Below are positions 33,248 to 43,840 of a DNA stretch of 64,000 nt, in pieces; the stretch's first letter is position 1; every line of letters starts with the position of its first letter. This DNA comes from an uncultured Planctomycetaceae bacterium (GTDB lineage Bacteria > Planctomycetota > Planctomycetia > Isosphaerales > Isosphaeraceae). A program made the translations under genes and the position numbers. The notes below the pieces were generated by a model. The model had not been told where the DNA came from. It saw only the letters and a list, made by a program, of their open reading frames with translations, and searched no databases. The DNA lies in the NCBI GenBank assembly GCA_963833985.1, contig CAWIAD010000002.1, positions 1,088,001 through 1,152,000 on the forward strand, given 5' to 3'.

Positions 33248-36200
33248 TTACTTGTTGAGTACCTCGTCCAGGTTCAGCAGCTCGTTGGCCAGCATGGTCC
33301 AGGCGGCAAGGATGGCCGGTTCCTGGCTGGTGATCGGCCTGAGCTCGCCCACGGCCAGCAGCCGGTCCGCGTCCTCGGGATGCGACTGGTAGTAGGCGAT
33401 CAGGCGCTCGGCCGAGGAACGGACGACCTTCAGCTCCTGGGTGGCAAACGGACGGCAGAGCAGGCGCCTGGCCATGAAGTCGATGCGGGCGTCGAGACGG
33501 TCGCTCGCCTGCTCCAGCGTGTGCTGGGCCAGCGCCCGGGCTGCCTCGACAAACTGTGGGTCGTTAAGGGTCACGAGCGCCTGGAGCGGCGTGTTGGTCC
33601 GCTCGCGGCGGACGGTGCAGACCTCACGGCTGGGGGCATTGAAGATGTCCATGGAGGCCGGCGGCGCGGCCCGCTTCCAGAACGTGTAAATGCTGCGGCG
33701 ATAGAGGTTCTCGCCCCGGTCGGGCTGGTACAGCCGCGTGTTGCTCTCGGGCATGGCAACCGCTTCCCAGACGCCTTCGGGCTGGTAGGGCCGCGCGCTG
33801 GGGCCGCCCACCCGAGTGGCCAGCAGGTTGCCGCAGTTCAGCGCGTAGTCGCGGACCATCTCGGCGTCCATGCGGAACCGGGGTCCACGTGACAGGAGGC
33901 GGTTCGACGGGTCTTTCTCGTTCTTCTCGGGTGTGCTGGCCGCCGACTGGCGGTACGCCGCCGAGGTGACCATGAGCTTGAATAGCCGCTTCACGTCCCA
34001 GCCGGTCTCGCGGAATTCCACGGCCAGCCAGTCCAGCAGCTCGGGATGCGAGGGGAGCTCGCCGCTGACCCCGAAGTCCCCGGCCGTGCGCACCAGGCCC
34101 GTGCCGAAGACTTCCTGCCAGAACCGGTTCACGGTGACGCGGGAGGTGAGCGGATGCTCCGGGCGCAGCAGCCACTGCGCCAGGCCCAGGCGGTTGCGCG
34201 GCAGGTCGGCGGGCATGGGCGGCAAGACGTCGGGCGTGTCGGCCTTCACCGCTTCGCGCCGCTTGTCGTACTCGCCGCGGTAGAGGACATAGGCCATCGC
34301 GGGCTGGTTGCGCTCGTGCGCGACGTGCGCGATGGTGCCGCGCGACCGGATCGCGGACTGCTCGTGCTGGAGCTCGCTGCGCCGGGGTCAGAAGCGCCCG
34401 GGTCTGGGGGTCGCGCGACCTGAGCCACCAGGCCAGCACGGCCTCGGCGTCCTTGTCGGTCCGCTCTTTCTCGGGCTTATCACGCAAGGCCAGGGCGCGG
34501 CCCGCCACCGACAGGTCGGCCGCCTGCTCGGCCTTGAGGACGGAGCGATAGAGCCGGACGTCGCTGATGCCGACGTTGTCCAGCCGCGCCGACGAGTGCC
34601 GCTGTCCGACCTTGAGCGGAACCGTGGTCTTGATCGTGGCCGTGAGCTGGTTCGTGGCGACGTCGGCCTCTTGAATCTCGCCGTTGACATAGATCTTCAC
34701 GCCCGCGGCCTGCGACGAGCCATCATACGTGATCAGCACGTGGGTCCACTCGTTCAGGGGAAGCTCCGGACGAGCCACCAGCTTCAGCGCGTTCTCGGGC
34801 CACCTGTTCACGAGGTGGGTGGCGACTCTCCGACCCTCAATCCAGAGGTCCCAACCGCGGTAGTCGTGCTCATCGTCCATGCGGGCGACGACCGACCCGG
34901 ACTGCCCGCCCCGGCCCAGCCTGATCCAGGCACCGAAGGAGAAGGCGTCGGAGCGTTCGAAATCGCCCGAATCGACACTCTCGAAGGCCGGCCTCGGCGG
35001 ATTGTGTGTCTTGCTGGAGTTCAGCAGGTCCGCGGGGCTCGACCCCAGGGCGAGCCGCAGCTCCTTGACGGGAACCAGCGCCGTCAGCGTTTCACGGGTC
35101 TGGGAAGCCAGCCACTTCGTGAAATCGGCCCGGGCGGCCGCCGTTCGTGCCGTGATGCGGCCCTGAACCTGGCCCAGCTCGAGTTCGAGCTTCGACCAGC
35201 GGTCGCGATCCCCGGATTGCGGCACGAAGATGATCGGGGGCGTGTTCTCGATGTTCCCGTCGAAGGCGTCCTGGGTGGTGTTGTTGAAGAAGGCCGACAG
35301 CTCGTAGAACTCACGCTGGGAGAGCGGGTCAAACTTGTGATCGTGGCACACGGCGCAGTTCGCGGTGAGGCCGAGCCACACCTGCGAGACGGTCTCGGTC
35401 CGATCGCGCGTGTAGTTGACCAGGTTCTCCTCGGCGATGGTCCCTCCCTCATTGGTGGTCATGTTGCAGCGGTTGAAGCCCGAGGCAATCTGCTGGTCGA
35501 GGGTGTGCCCGGGGAGCAGGTCGCCGGCGAGTTGCTCGACGGTGAACCGGTCGAACGGCATGTTTTGGTTGAACACGCCGATCACCCAGTCGCGGTAGGA
35601 CCACATCTCGCGGTAGTTGTCGAAGTGGTAGCCGTGCGTGTCGGCATAACGCGCGGCGTCGAGCCAGTAGCGGGTGCGATGTTCGCCCCAGCGGGTCGAT
35701 TCAAGCAGGCGGTCGACAAGCCTCGCGTACGCGTCCGGTGCCTGATCGGCCACGAACGCCTCGACCACCTCCGGCGCCGGGGGCAGGCCGGTCAGATCAA
35801 GGCTGAGCCGCCGGACCAATGTCCGCCGATCGGCTTCGGGGGCGGGTTTCAGCCCTTGCTCCTCGAGCTTCGCCAGGATGAAGCGATCGATCGGATTGCG
35901 GACCCACGCCTGCTGCTTCACCGCGGGCAAGGGCGGCCGGCCTGGTGCGATCAGCGACCAGTGCGGTTGATACGCGGCGCCGGACTGGATCCATTCCTTC
36001 AGGAGATCTTTCTGCCGGGACGTCAGCGTCTTGTGCAGCGCGGGCGGAGGCATGAGCTCCTTGGGGTTCGTGGCATTGATGCGCGCGAAGAGCTCGCTAC
36101 CCTCAAGATCGCCGGGCGTGATGGCCCCGAGCTCGATGGCGGCCTCGCGGCGATCGAGCCGCAGGTCGGCCTTGCGGGACGCGCTGTCGGGCCCGTGGCA

Positions 36201-36392
36201 AGCGAAACAGTTCTCCGCCAGGATCGGCCGGATGTCGCGATTATACTGGGGCTGCTCCGCGGCCGGCGCGGGGCTGCACGCGAGCGCCAGCAGCAGCGAC
36301 CGCATCAGGGCGGCACCAGTCCAGCTCCTGCCATTCGCCCGGCGGCATGCCAGGCCCAGGCCGGCCAGGGTCTCAGGAAGTCGGCACATCAT
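33248..36392 (-). CDS. planctomycete cytochrome c / DUF1549 / LamG-like / DUF1553 protein; frameshift near 34385
   Basis: [52 protein letters not shown]. Confidence 0.9.
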
Positions 36393-37137
36393 CGCTTTCC
36401 TCGACAGGAACGGAAGGATTCTGGGGCTGGGACGGCCCATCCGGCAACGCGTTGCACCAGTAGGACATGCCCGACGCAATGTGGCTGGCCATCGCGCGGA
36501 CCGCCGCTTTCCGGTTGCCGGCCAGCAGCGCCTCAACAATTGCCAGGTGCTCGCTCGCCTCGGCATCCACGCGGTGGAAATCCTGGCGTGATTCCGAATG
36601 GTTCCACGCGGCGTCACGGAACGCGCAAAGAGGTCCTTCAGCCGGCCCAGCTCGCGGGCCAGGAACGCGTTGCCGCAACGGCCAGCGATCAGGTCATGGA
36701 GCCGGCTATCCACGGCCCGCGCTTCCTCGATGAACCTGTACCGGTCGCGCGACTGCACGGCGGTGAGCTTCCTCAGGTCCACCATCAGCGCCTCGAGGTC
36801 GCGGGCCTCGATCCGGCCACACGCCAGGCGTACGGCCTCGCACTCCAGGGCCGAGCGCCACCTGGCAGATCTCGCGGACCTCTCGTGCCGTGAGCGTGCG
36901 TACGATGGCCCCGCGGTTCGGCGTCACATCGACAAGGCCCATTCCCGCCAGCATCACCAGGGCCTCGCGCACCGGCGTATGGCTGACTCCGAAGCGCCGC
37001 GCCAGGGCCTGCGTGACCAGGTGCTCGCCGGGGCGGACCTGGCCGTTGACAATCTCCTTGAGCAGCGATTCCACCAGCACCTGCCGGCGTGAGCCATGAT
37101 TCCAGCGCGGGGCGGTGGATCGAGCGGAAGTCAACAC
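36373..37137 (-). CDS. GntR/FCD transcriptional regulator; frameshifts near 36858 and 36628
   Basis: wHTH LARRFGVSHTPVREAL; FCD segments DSRLHDLIA...GN and EHLAIVEAL spread over three frames. Confidence 0.85.
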
Positions 37138-37422
37138 GGGAGGGCCCCGATGAATCTATATGCACTCACGGATGGAATCGAACGCGATGGCGGGCGGGTC
37201 ATCATCCGGCGTGCGGACCACCCGGACCCTTGCGATCCTACTCCCCTGCGCCATCCCCTGACAAGCCAAATTCTATAGAATCTTCCAGGCCAGGTGAATG
37301 ATCGTCCCCCGTCGAGCGAAAGGCTCCTGCAAGCCGATGTAGTGTGGCAGCCGCAAGCGTGGGATGATACCTGCTGGCGCCACTACGGCTTGCGGTCGGT
37401 CGGCCCCCCAGGGGAGCTCTCG

Positions 37423-38088
37423 ATGAAGATTTCGTTCGCATGTCCAGCCTGCAATGCGAGTGGGTCGGTCGATGATGTGCACGTTGGAAAGCAGGTGCGA
37501 TGCAGGCACTGCAACGCCCGGTTCGCCATCCCCGGTCCGGCGGACCCGGAGTCCGACGTCTACGCCCTGGAAGAGAGCGGGCAGCCGGAGCAGCCGACCG
37601 GAGAGGAACCCTGGAGCCGGCCGGCCGAGGAAGCGGTCTTCGTGCGGGCGCGGTCGTCTGAGTCCGGGTCGCGACAGAGAGAGCGTCAAGGTCATGAGCA
37701 ATCCCAACCGGCGCGGCGCCGGCGGCGAAATACGAGTGATGTACATGCCTGGCCCTGGCAGACCTGGCTGGTCCGTGGATGCGTGACGCTCGCCCTGCTG
37801 CTGGTGGCAATCACGCTCTTCGCGCCTCATGGAACCTGGCTGGCGGGGTGCATCCTGCTGGGCGTCGGCGGTCTGCTGGTGCCGCTGGGCTTCTTCGCCG
37901 GAGCGTTCGGGGCCTTCAGCGAGGATCCGGTCTACGGGTTCTTCTACCTCTTGATCCCGTTCTACTCGGCCTATTATCTGGTGACCCGGTGGGAGGACCT
38001 CTGGCCCTGGGTTGCCTGTGCGACAGCGGGTGTGGGCCTGGTCCTGCTGGGGACCGAGATGATCCGCTGGGCGGCAGCACCCGTTTGA
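37423..38088 (+). CDS. zinc-ribbon membrane protein
   Basis: CPAC...CRHC at the N-terminus; about four C-terminal TM helices. Confidence 0.75.
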   Translation: MKISFACPACNASGSVDDVHVGKQVRCRHCNARFAIPGPADPESDVYALEESGQPEQPTGEEPWSRPAEEAVFVRARSSESGSRQRERQGHEQSQPARRRRRNTSDVHAWPWQTWLVRGCVTLALLLVAITLFAPHGTWLAGCILLGVGGLLVPLGFFAGAFGAFSEDPVYGFFYLLIPFYSAYYLVTRWEDLWPWVACATAGVGLVLLGTEMIRWAAAPV

Positions 38089-38193
38089 GCCGCCCCGAGC
38101 GCGCGCTCGAGCGATCAAGGTCGGGTGCTGTGCCCGGCGGGCCCGCGGTCAGCGGAACGCGATGCGGTCTTTACCTTCGGCGCGGGCGGCCCA

Positions 38194-38742
38194 TCAAACG
38201 GCCAGGACACCGGTGCGGATGAGGTAGGCGAGCCGCTGGCGCTGCTCGGGGGTCAAGAGCGTATGAATCTGCTCGAGCGCCTGGATCAGCGTGTCGCGAA
38301 CCCGCGCGGCACTGGCGACGCGGCGCTCCCCGGCGCTTCGGGCCCTGGCCGAGTCGAAGGCCTCGCCCGCGACGGCGTCGGAGAACTCGGCCAGGGCGCG
38401 GCGGTCGTCCACCTCGGCCTGGGCTCGTTCGGTCTTCAGCTCGTCGAGGATCCGCGCCAGCTCGGTGATCTGCTTCTCGTTCAGCTCCAGCTTGTGAGCG
38501 AGGAACCGGAGCGGCCTGCGGACGCCAAAGCCGGAACGCGCCTCGAAACGATCTCCCTCGTCGTGATGGTGATGAGGTGGAGGGCCATGGCGGGGCATGA
38601 AGAAATCTCCGCGCTCACGGGGGTCGCCTCCGTGCAGACGGGGGTCATCGTGCCGATGCCCGTGGTGCTCTGGTCGTTCGGATTCGTGGAAGGAATGGGA
38701 ATGTCTGTGGCGCTCGCGGTGGCGCCATGCGGCGTGACACAT
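38194..38742 (-). CDS. Spy/CpxP (LTXXQ)-like protein with His-rich N-terminus
   Basis: LELNEKQ and LLTPEQR motifs; GGAG RBS; N-terminal HRERHRHSHSFH...HHGHRH...HHHH. Confidence 0.75.
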   Translation of the reverse strand: MCHAAWRHRERHRHSHSFHESERPEHHGHRHDDPRLHGGDPRERGDFFMPRHGPPPHHHHDEGDRFEARSGFGVRRPLRFLAHKLELNEKQITELARILDELKTERAQAEVDDRRALAEFSDAVAGEAFDSARARSAGERRVASAARVRDTLIQALEQIHTLLTPEQRQRLAYLIRTGVLAV

Positions 38743-38848
38743 GAGAGGATCTCCAACGCGCCGAGGCGTTACGCACCCGGCGGGGACTTGATTGCGTGGG
38801 CCCGATGCCACACACTTGTGGAATGGTAGGGCGGCCTGGGCACCCGGT

Positions 38849-38893
38849 CAAGCCCACGGCCGCCTGACCAACAAGCCCACAGCCGCCTGACCA
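38849..38893 (+). repeat. tandem duplication of a 22-bp unit
   Basis: caagcccacRgccgcctgacca twice, one mismatch, 1-nt gap. Confidence 0.8.
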
Positions 38894-38935
38894 TGGTTGT
38901 CACGCGAGTTGCGTTCGCGAAGATCGAAGGGCCAG

Positions 38936-41900
38936 CTACCGGGGTTTGTCCGGGGCCGGCACTTGCCGGCTCGCCGCCAGGTATGCAAAAAGGTCGCGGA
39001 TCTCCTGGGGCGTGAGCCGCTCGAGCTGGCCTTCCGGCATCATCGAGACCGAGGTCGGTTTGATCTCGTCGATGTCCTCGCGCGACAGGGTGATCCGCTC
39101 GTTGGCCGTCTGGATGGTCACGGAACGATCAGTCTGCTCGCGGACGATCCCCGAGACCAGCCGGCCATCGGTCGTGGCAATGTTCGTGACCGTGTAGTCC
39201 CGGGCCACCGAGGCGCTGGGGTCGAGCACGTTCTCGAGAATGTAGTCCGGGTTGGCACGGTCCGAGCCGGTGAGCTCCGGGCCGACGTCGCCTCCGCCAT
39301 CGAAGAGCTTATGGCACTGATGACAGGTGCGGTTGAAGACCAGGCGGCCCCGACCCGGGTCGGCCGCCGGGTACTGGTCGGTGGTCAGCAGTTCCTTGTA
39401 CTTGCCGATGAGGGACGCTTTCGCGCTGGAGGTTGGCCGGACGGTCCCCCACACGGCCTCGAGCCGCGTACGGATGTTGTCCTGCCCAAGTGCCAGCAAT
39501 TGCCGGGCGGCCGTGGTGGTCAGGTCGCGGCGCGGAACGGTCCTGGCGGCGATGGCGTCCAGCAGCGCCAGGGCCCAGGCCGGCCGTGCGGAGAGCGTGG
39601 CGATCGCATCGTCACGTTCTGATTCCGAAAGTGCGGCATAACGGTTGAGGATCTGCCGGGGCGTGGCGGGATCGTTGTAGGCGGCCAGGGAGCGGATTGC
39701 CGCGCTGCGCAGCGCGGGGTCGTCAAGCAGTGCGTGCAGCTTTTCGGGGAGGCCGGGAACGTGGTGCTCCACCAGTGCGGTCAGGGAACGAGCGCGGAGA
39801 GCCGGCGGGCCGCCGGCATCGGCAACGACCAGAAGCAGGGCGCTGGTGGCCCTGGGTTCGCCCACATCCAGGGCCAGGAGCAGCATCCGTTCAACGACGT
39901 CCGGATCACGCGAGGCGAGCAGCTTCTCCATGGCGCCTGACCAGCCCTCGGGCCGGACCACCTGCTTGCGGCCCCTGAGCGCTTCCAGGACGCCGGCCAG
40001 CAGTGCCTTCCGCGCGCTGTCCGAAGCTTGCACCAGCACGGGCAGAAGAGCGTTCAGGCCGGCAGTGGCATCGGCTGTCACAGCGCGGCGGGCCAGGTAG
40101 GTGCGGTGCAACGGCAGGGTGCACTGGCCCGCAAGCTTCGAGGCACGGGCCGGATCGCGCCCGGCCAGCGGCTCAACGCCGTACCAGATCATGAGCGGCA
40201 GCATGGGGTCCGCGGGGTCGATCTTCGCCATCGCGAGTACTTCGGCCAGCGGCCAGCGCTCGGGGAGCGGAACGCGCTGGAGGGCGGACGCCAGGCAGAG
40301 CTGAACGCGCGGGGAGGAATCGCTCCGGGCCAGGGCAACCAGCCGCGCGATGGCCTGCGGGGACGGAGCCGCACGGTCGCAGAGCAAGCGGATCGCCCAG
40401 CCGCGCAGCGTGTCGTCGCGATCGTCCAGCAGAGCGAGGCAGGCCTGCTCGCCGAGCCCGGAGATGGCGTTCAGAGCCCAGAGCGCCCGCAGCCGTCGGG
40501 TGCTGTCGGCAGGCGTGGCGAGAATCCCTTGAAGGACCTCACGGCACGCGCCGAGATCTTCCCCCGCGCGGCTCGCTCCTGGAGCAACCGGCGCGCCGTG
40601 CGGACGTACCAGTCGTTCCGGTGCAGTTGCAAGCGTGCCAGCTCGGCGCTGCTGGACGCCGCCAGGTTGACCTTGACCGGCCTGGGTTCACCATACCAGA
40701 TTTTGTAGATGCGTCCATTCTCGCGATGGGCATTGTCGGCGTCGGTGTCGTGGCATTCACCGCGGTCGGTCCAGTCGGTGAAATAGACCCCGCCGTCGGG
40801 CCCATACTTTAGCTCCAGGCCGCGGAACCAGGTGTCGTTGGCCAGCAAGAAGTCGGGCTCGTGATGGGCGACGTAGCCCGAACCCTTGCGCTCCAGGCGG
40901 TCGAGATTGGCGCGATGGCCGTGCAGGTTGAACGTGATCACGGTTTGCCGGAAGCGATCAGGCCAGGCGTCGCCCAGGTAGATCATTGCTCCCACATGGG
41001 CGTGGCCCCCTCCGGCAGCGCTATGCTTCTCGTGCCCCTTGCCCTCACGGCTCTCGGTCCATTGTCCCCCCGCCCAGTGGATATGATCGGCGCATGTTTC
41101 TAGCAGGCCGTAGAGGTTGGGATTGAAATCCTGCCCGAACATCCGCTGGAAGTGAGCGCCCGGGACGACGTGAAACAGGTGGGGGATCACGCAGTTGGTG
41201 ATGAACGCCTCACCACTGTCGTCAAAATCCAGGCCCCAGGGGTTGGTCGTGCCGTTCGCCACGACCTCGAAGACCTTGCCCGTGGGATGATACCGCCAGA
41301 CGCCGCAGTTGATGGGCGTACGGCCGGCGTCGGGCGTTCCCGGTTTGCCGACTCGCGAGTTCGAGAGGATGCCGTTGCAGCCCCAGAGCCAGCCGTCGGG
41401 ACCCCACTTCAGGCCATTGAACATGTTATGCTCGGCCTCGGTGTCCCAGCCGTCGAGCACGACCTCCGGAGGCCCGTCGGGACGATCGTCGCCGTCCTTG
41501 TCGGGGAAGAAGAGGAGGTTCGGCGTGGAGCAGACCCAGACGCCGCCAAATCCGAGTTCAATGCCCGTGAGGTTCGTCCCCTTGTCGAAGAAGACGGTGC
41601 GGCGATCGAACCGTCCGTCGCCATCGGCATCCTCGAAGATGAGGATCCGGTCCTTGCCCTCGGGACCTCCCAGCCAGATCGGGTAAGCCACGTTCTGGAT
41701 GACCCAGAGGCGGCCTTTCGGGTCGATCGTGAAGGCGATGGGCTGCACAACGTCCGGCTCGCCCGCGAAGAGACCGACGTGGAACCCGTCAAGCACCGAC
41801 ATCCGGCTTGCGGCCTTTTCCGGCGCAACCGGCGCCTGGGCCATGCCTGGGCTCTTCGCGTCGGGCCCGTCACCCCGGCAATGCGCCGGCAGGCTGAAGA

Positions 41901-41952
41901 GCATGCATCCGGCGACCAGGCACACACTCAGAGAAACACGTGGCACGATCAT
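38936..41952 (-). CDS. second PVC-type heme-binding CxxCH protein; frameshift near 40565
   Basis: FAGEPDVVQP, DADGDG, GPDGWLW, NPWGLDF; C-terminal CHQCH...GPELTG...SMMPEG. Confidence 0.88.
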
Positions 41953-42083
41953 GACCGTCGGCTCCGGATGGCTGGTGATTTTTCGTCCGTTCGAGGATAC
42001 GATCTGGCTCTTTGATCAGCAACTCGACGGTCAGGCGTGAAGCCCCATCGAGGTCATGAAAAGAGCCCGGGCAGGAGCAGAGC

Positions 42084-42671
42084 ATGCCGATCACCTATGA
42101 GCAAGCCGTGCAGAAGATGGAGGAGTGGACCAGGAGCCCGGCCCTGAGAAACCACGCGCGTGCCGTCGAAGCGTCGATGCGCAAATCGGCCCACCGGTAC
42201 GGGGCCGGCAGCGACGACGAGCTGCGCTGGGCCATGACCGGGCTGCTGCACGATGCCGACTACGACCAGTGGCCCGACGAGCACCCGCGGCTCATCGTCG
42301 ACTGGCTGAGCGAGCAAGGAGAACCGGAGATCGCACACGCCGTTTCCGCCCACTTCTCCGCGTGGGGCGTGGAACCGGCGTCGCTTCTGGACAAGGCCCT
42401 CCTGGCCTGCGACGAGCTGACCGGCTTTGTCATGGCCTGCTGCCTGGTCCGTCCCGACGGCATCTCCTCGCTCAGCCCCTCCAGCGTCAAGAAGAAGCTC
42501 AAGGACAAGGGATTCGCCGCGAAGGTCGACCGGGGCGACGTCTACGCCGGGCCCGAGCGGCTGGGCACGACCCTCGACGAGCACATTCAGCTCGTGATCG
42601 ACGCCCTCGTTCCTCACGCCCGAGCGCTGGGCATCGCCGGGTCGAGCCATCCGTCCGGTAATGGTTCATGA
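42084..42671 (+). CDS. HD-domain phosphohydrolase
   Basis: H...GLLHDADY...HP...AH...ACDELTG. Confidence 0.88.
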   Translation: MPITYEQAVQKMEEWTRSPALRNHARAVEASMRKSAHRYGAGSDDELRWAMTGLLHDADYDQWPDEHPRLIVDWLSEQGEPEIAHAVSAHFSAWGVEPASLLDKALLACDELTGFVMACCLVRPDGISSLSPSSVKKKLKDKGFAAKVDRGDVYAGPERLGTTLDEHIQLVIDALVPHARALGIAGSSHPSGNGS

Positions 42672-43762
42672 GCCGATCCGTTTATGAAAAGCTCGGGGTG
42701 CGTCCCCTGATCAACGGCATGGGCACGTACACCGTCCTGGGCGGGTCGCTCATGCCGGCCGAGGTCGTCGGGGCGATGGTTGAGGCTGCAAGCCACTTCG
42801 TGGACATGGTCGAGCTGCACGAGCAGGCCGGCGCCCGGATCGCCGGGCTGCTGGGCGTTCCCGCGGCGATGGTGACGGCGGGAGCAGCGTCGGCGATCAC
42901 GGTCGCCACCGCGGCCTGCATCACCGGGGGCGAGGACAAACTGCTGGAGCAGCTTCCCGACACCGGCGGCAGGGCTCCCGGGATCATCCTTCAGAAAAGC
43001 CACCGGAGCGGCTATGAAGCACAGATGCAAATGGCCGGGGCAAGGCTCGTGTGGGTCGAAACGGAGTCCGAGCTCGAAGCCGCAATCAGTGAGCACACTT
43101 GCATGCTCTTCTATCTCAACCGGCACGCCCCGCTGGGACGAATCTCTCCGGCACAGTGGGTCCGCGCGGGCAGGACGCATCGCGTGCCGACCTTGCTCGA
43201 CGCCGCGGCCGATGTACCACCGGCAAGCCACCTCTCGCGTTACGTGGACGAGGGCTTCGACCTGGTCGCCCTCTCCGGCGGCAAGGCGCTGCGAGGCCCG
43301 CAAGGGACCGGCCTGCTGCTTGGCCGACGGGACCTGGTCGCCGCGGCCAGGAAGGCGATCAGCCCGCACGAGGGAATCGGCAGGGGGATGAAGGTCGGCA
43401 AGGAGGAGATCATCGGTCTGGTCGCCGCGGTTGAGCGTTACCTCAAGCTCGATCACGCCGCCGAATTCCAGCTCTGGGAATGCAAGGCGGCGTCCCTGGC
43501 GTCCCGGCTGGCGACGGTTCCGTGGCTTGAGGTTCGTTGCGAGGTGCCCGAGATCGCCAACCACGCGCCGCACGTCGTTGTGGAGTGGAGCGGCGAAACA
43601 GACGGCTTTCATGCCCAGGAGATCGCCTGCCGACTGCGGCAGGGTGACCCGCCGATCGCCATCCTGGCCGAAGGCGAGCACACGCTCCGGATCGCCGTCT
43701 GGACGCTGCAAGGCGACGAGCATGAGCTTGTCGCCGCGCGGCTGCTGGCGCTCTTGCTGTGA
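42668..43762 (+). CDS. SelA/DgaE-like PLP-dependent enzyme
   Basis: LGVRPLINGMGTYTVLGGS, DAAA, SGGKALRGPQ, GRGMKVGKEE; ATGA overlap with the HD gene. Confidence 0.85.
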   Translation: MSRSVYEKLGVRPLINGMGTYTVLGGSLMPAEVVGAMVEAASHFVDMVELHEQAGARIAGLLGVPAAMVTAGAASAITVATAACITGGEDKLLEQLPDTGGRAPGIILQKSHRSGYEAQMQMAGARLVWVETESELEAAISEHTCMLFYLNRHAPLGRISPAQWVRAGRTHRVPTLLDAAADVPPASHLSRYVDEGFDLVALSGGKALRGPQGTGLLLGRRDLVAAARKAISPHEGIGRGMKVGKEEIIGLVAAVERYLKLDHAAEFQLWECKAASLASRLATVPWLEVRCEVPEIANHAPHVVVEWSGETDGFHAQEIACRLRQGDPPIAILAEGEHTLRIAVWTLQGDEHELVAARLLALLL

Positions 43763-43840
43763 ATGAGGCGAGTGGGCCTTGCCTTGCCTTGCCAGGCTTG
43801 GCCCACTCTCAAGGAATGGCAGATCGAAGCGAGCGCGGGC

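Noticed and set aside
33624..36785. FCD regulator domain fused to the PSCyt protein
   Set aside because: Artefact of the GntR frameshift; the cytochrome gene has its own RBS and ATG at 36392.
42668..43762. selA / selenocysteine system
   Set aside because: Short SelA-like paralogue; no selB, selD or tRNA-Sec seen.
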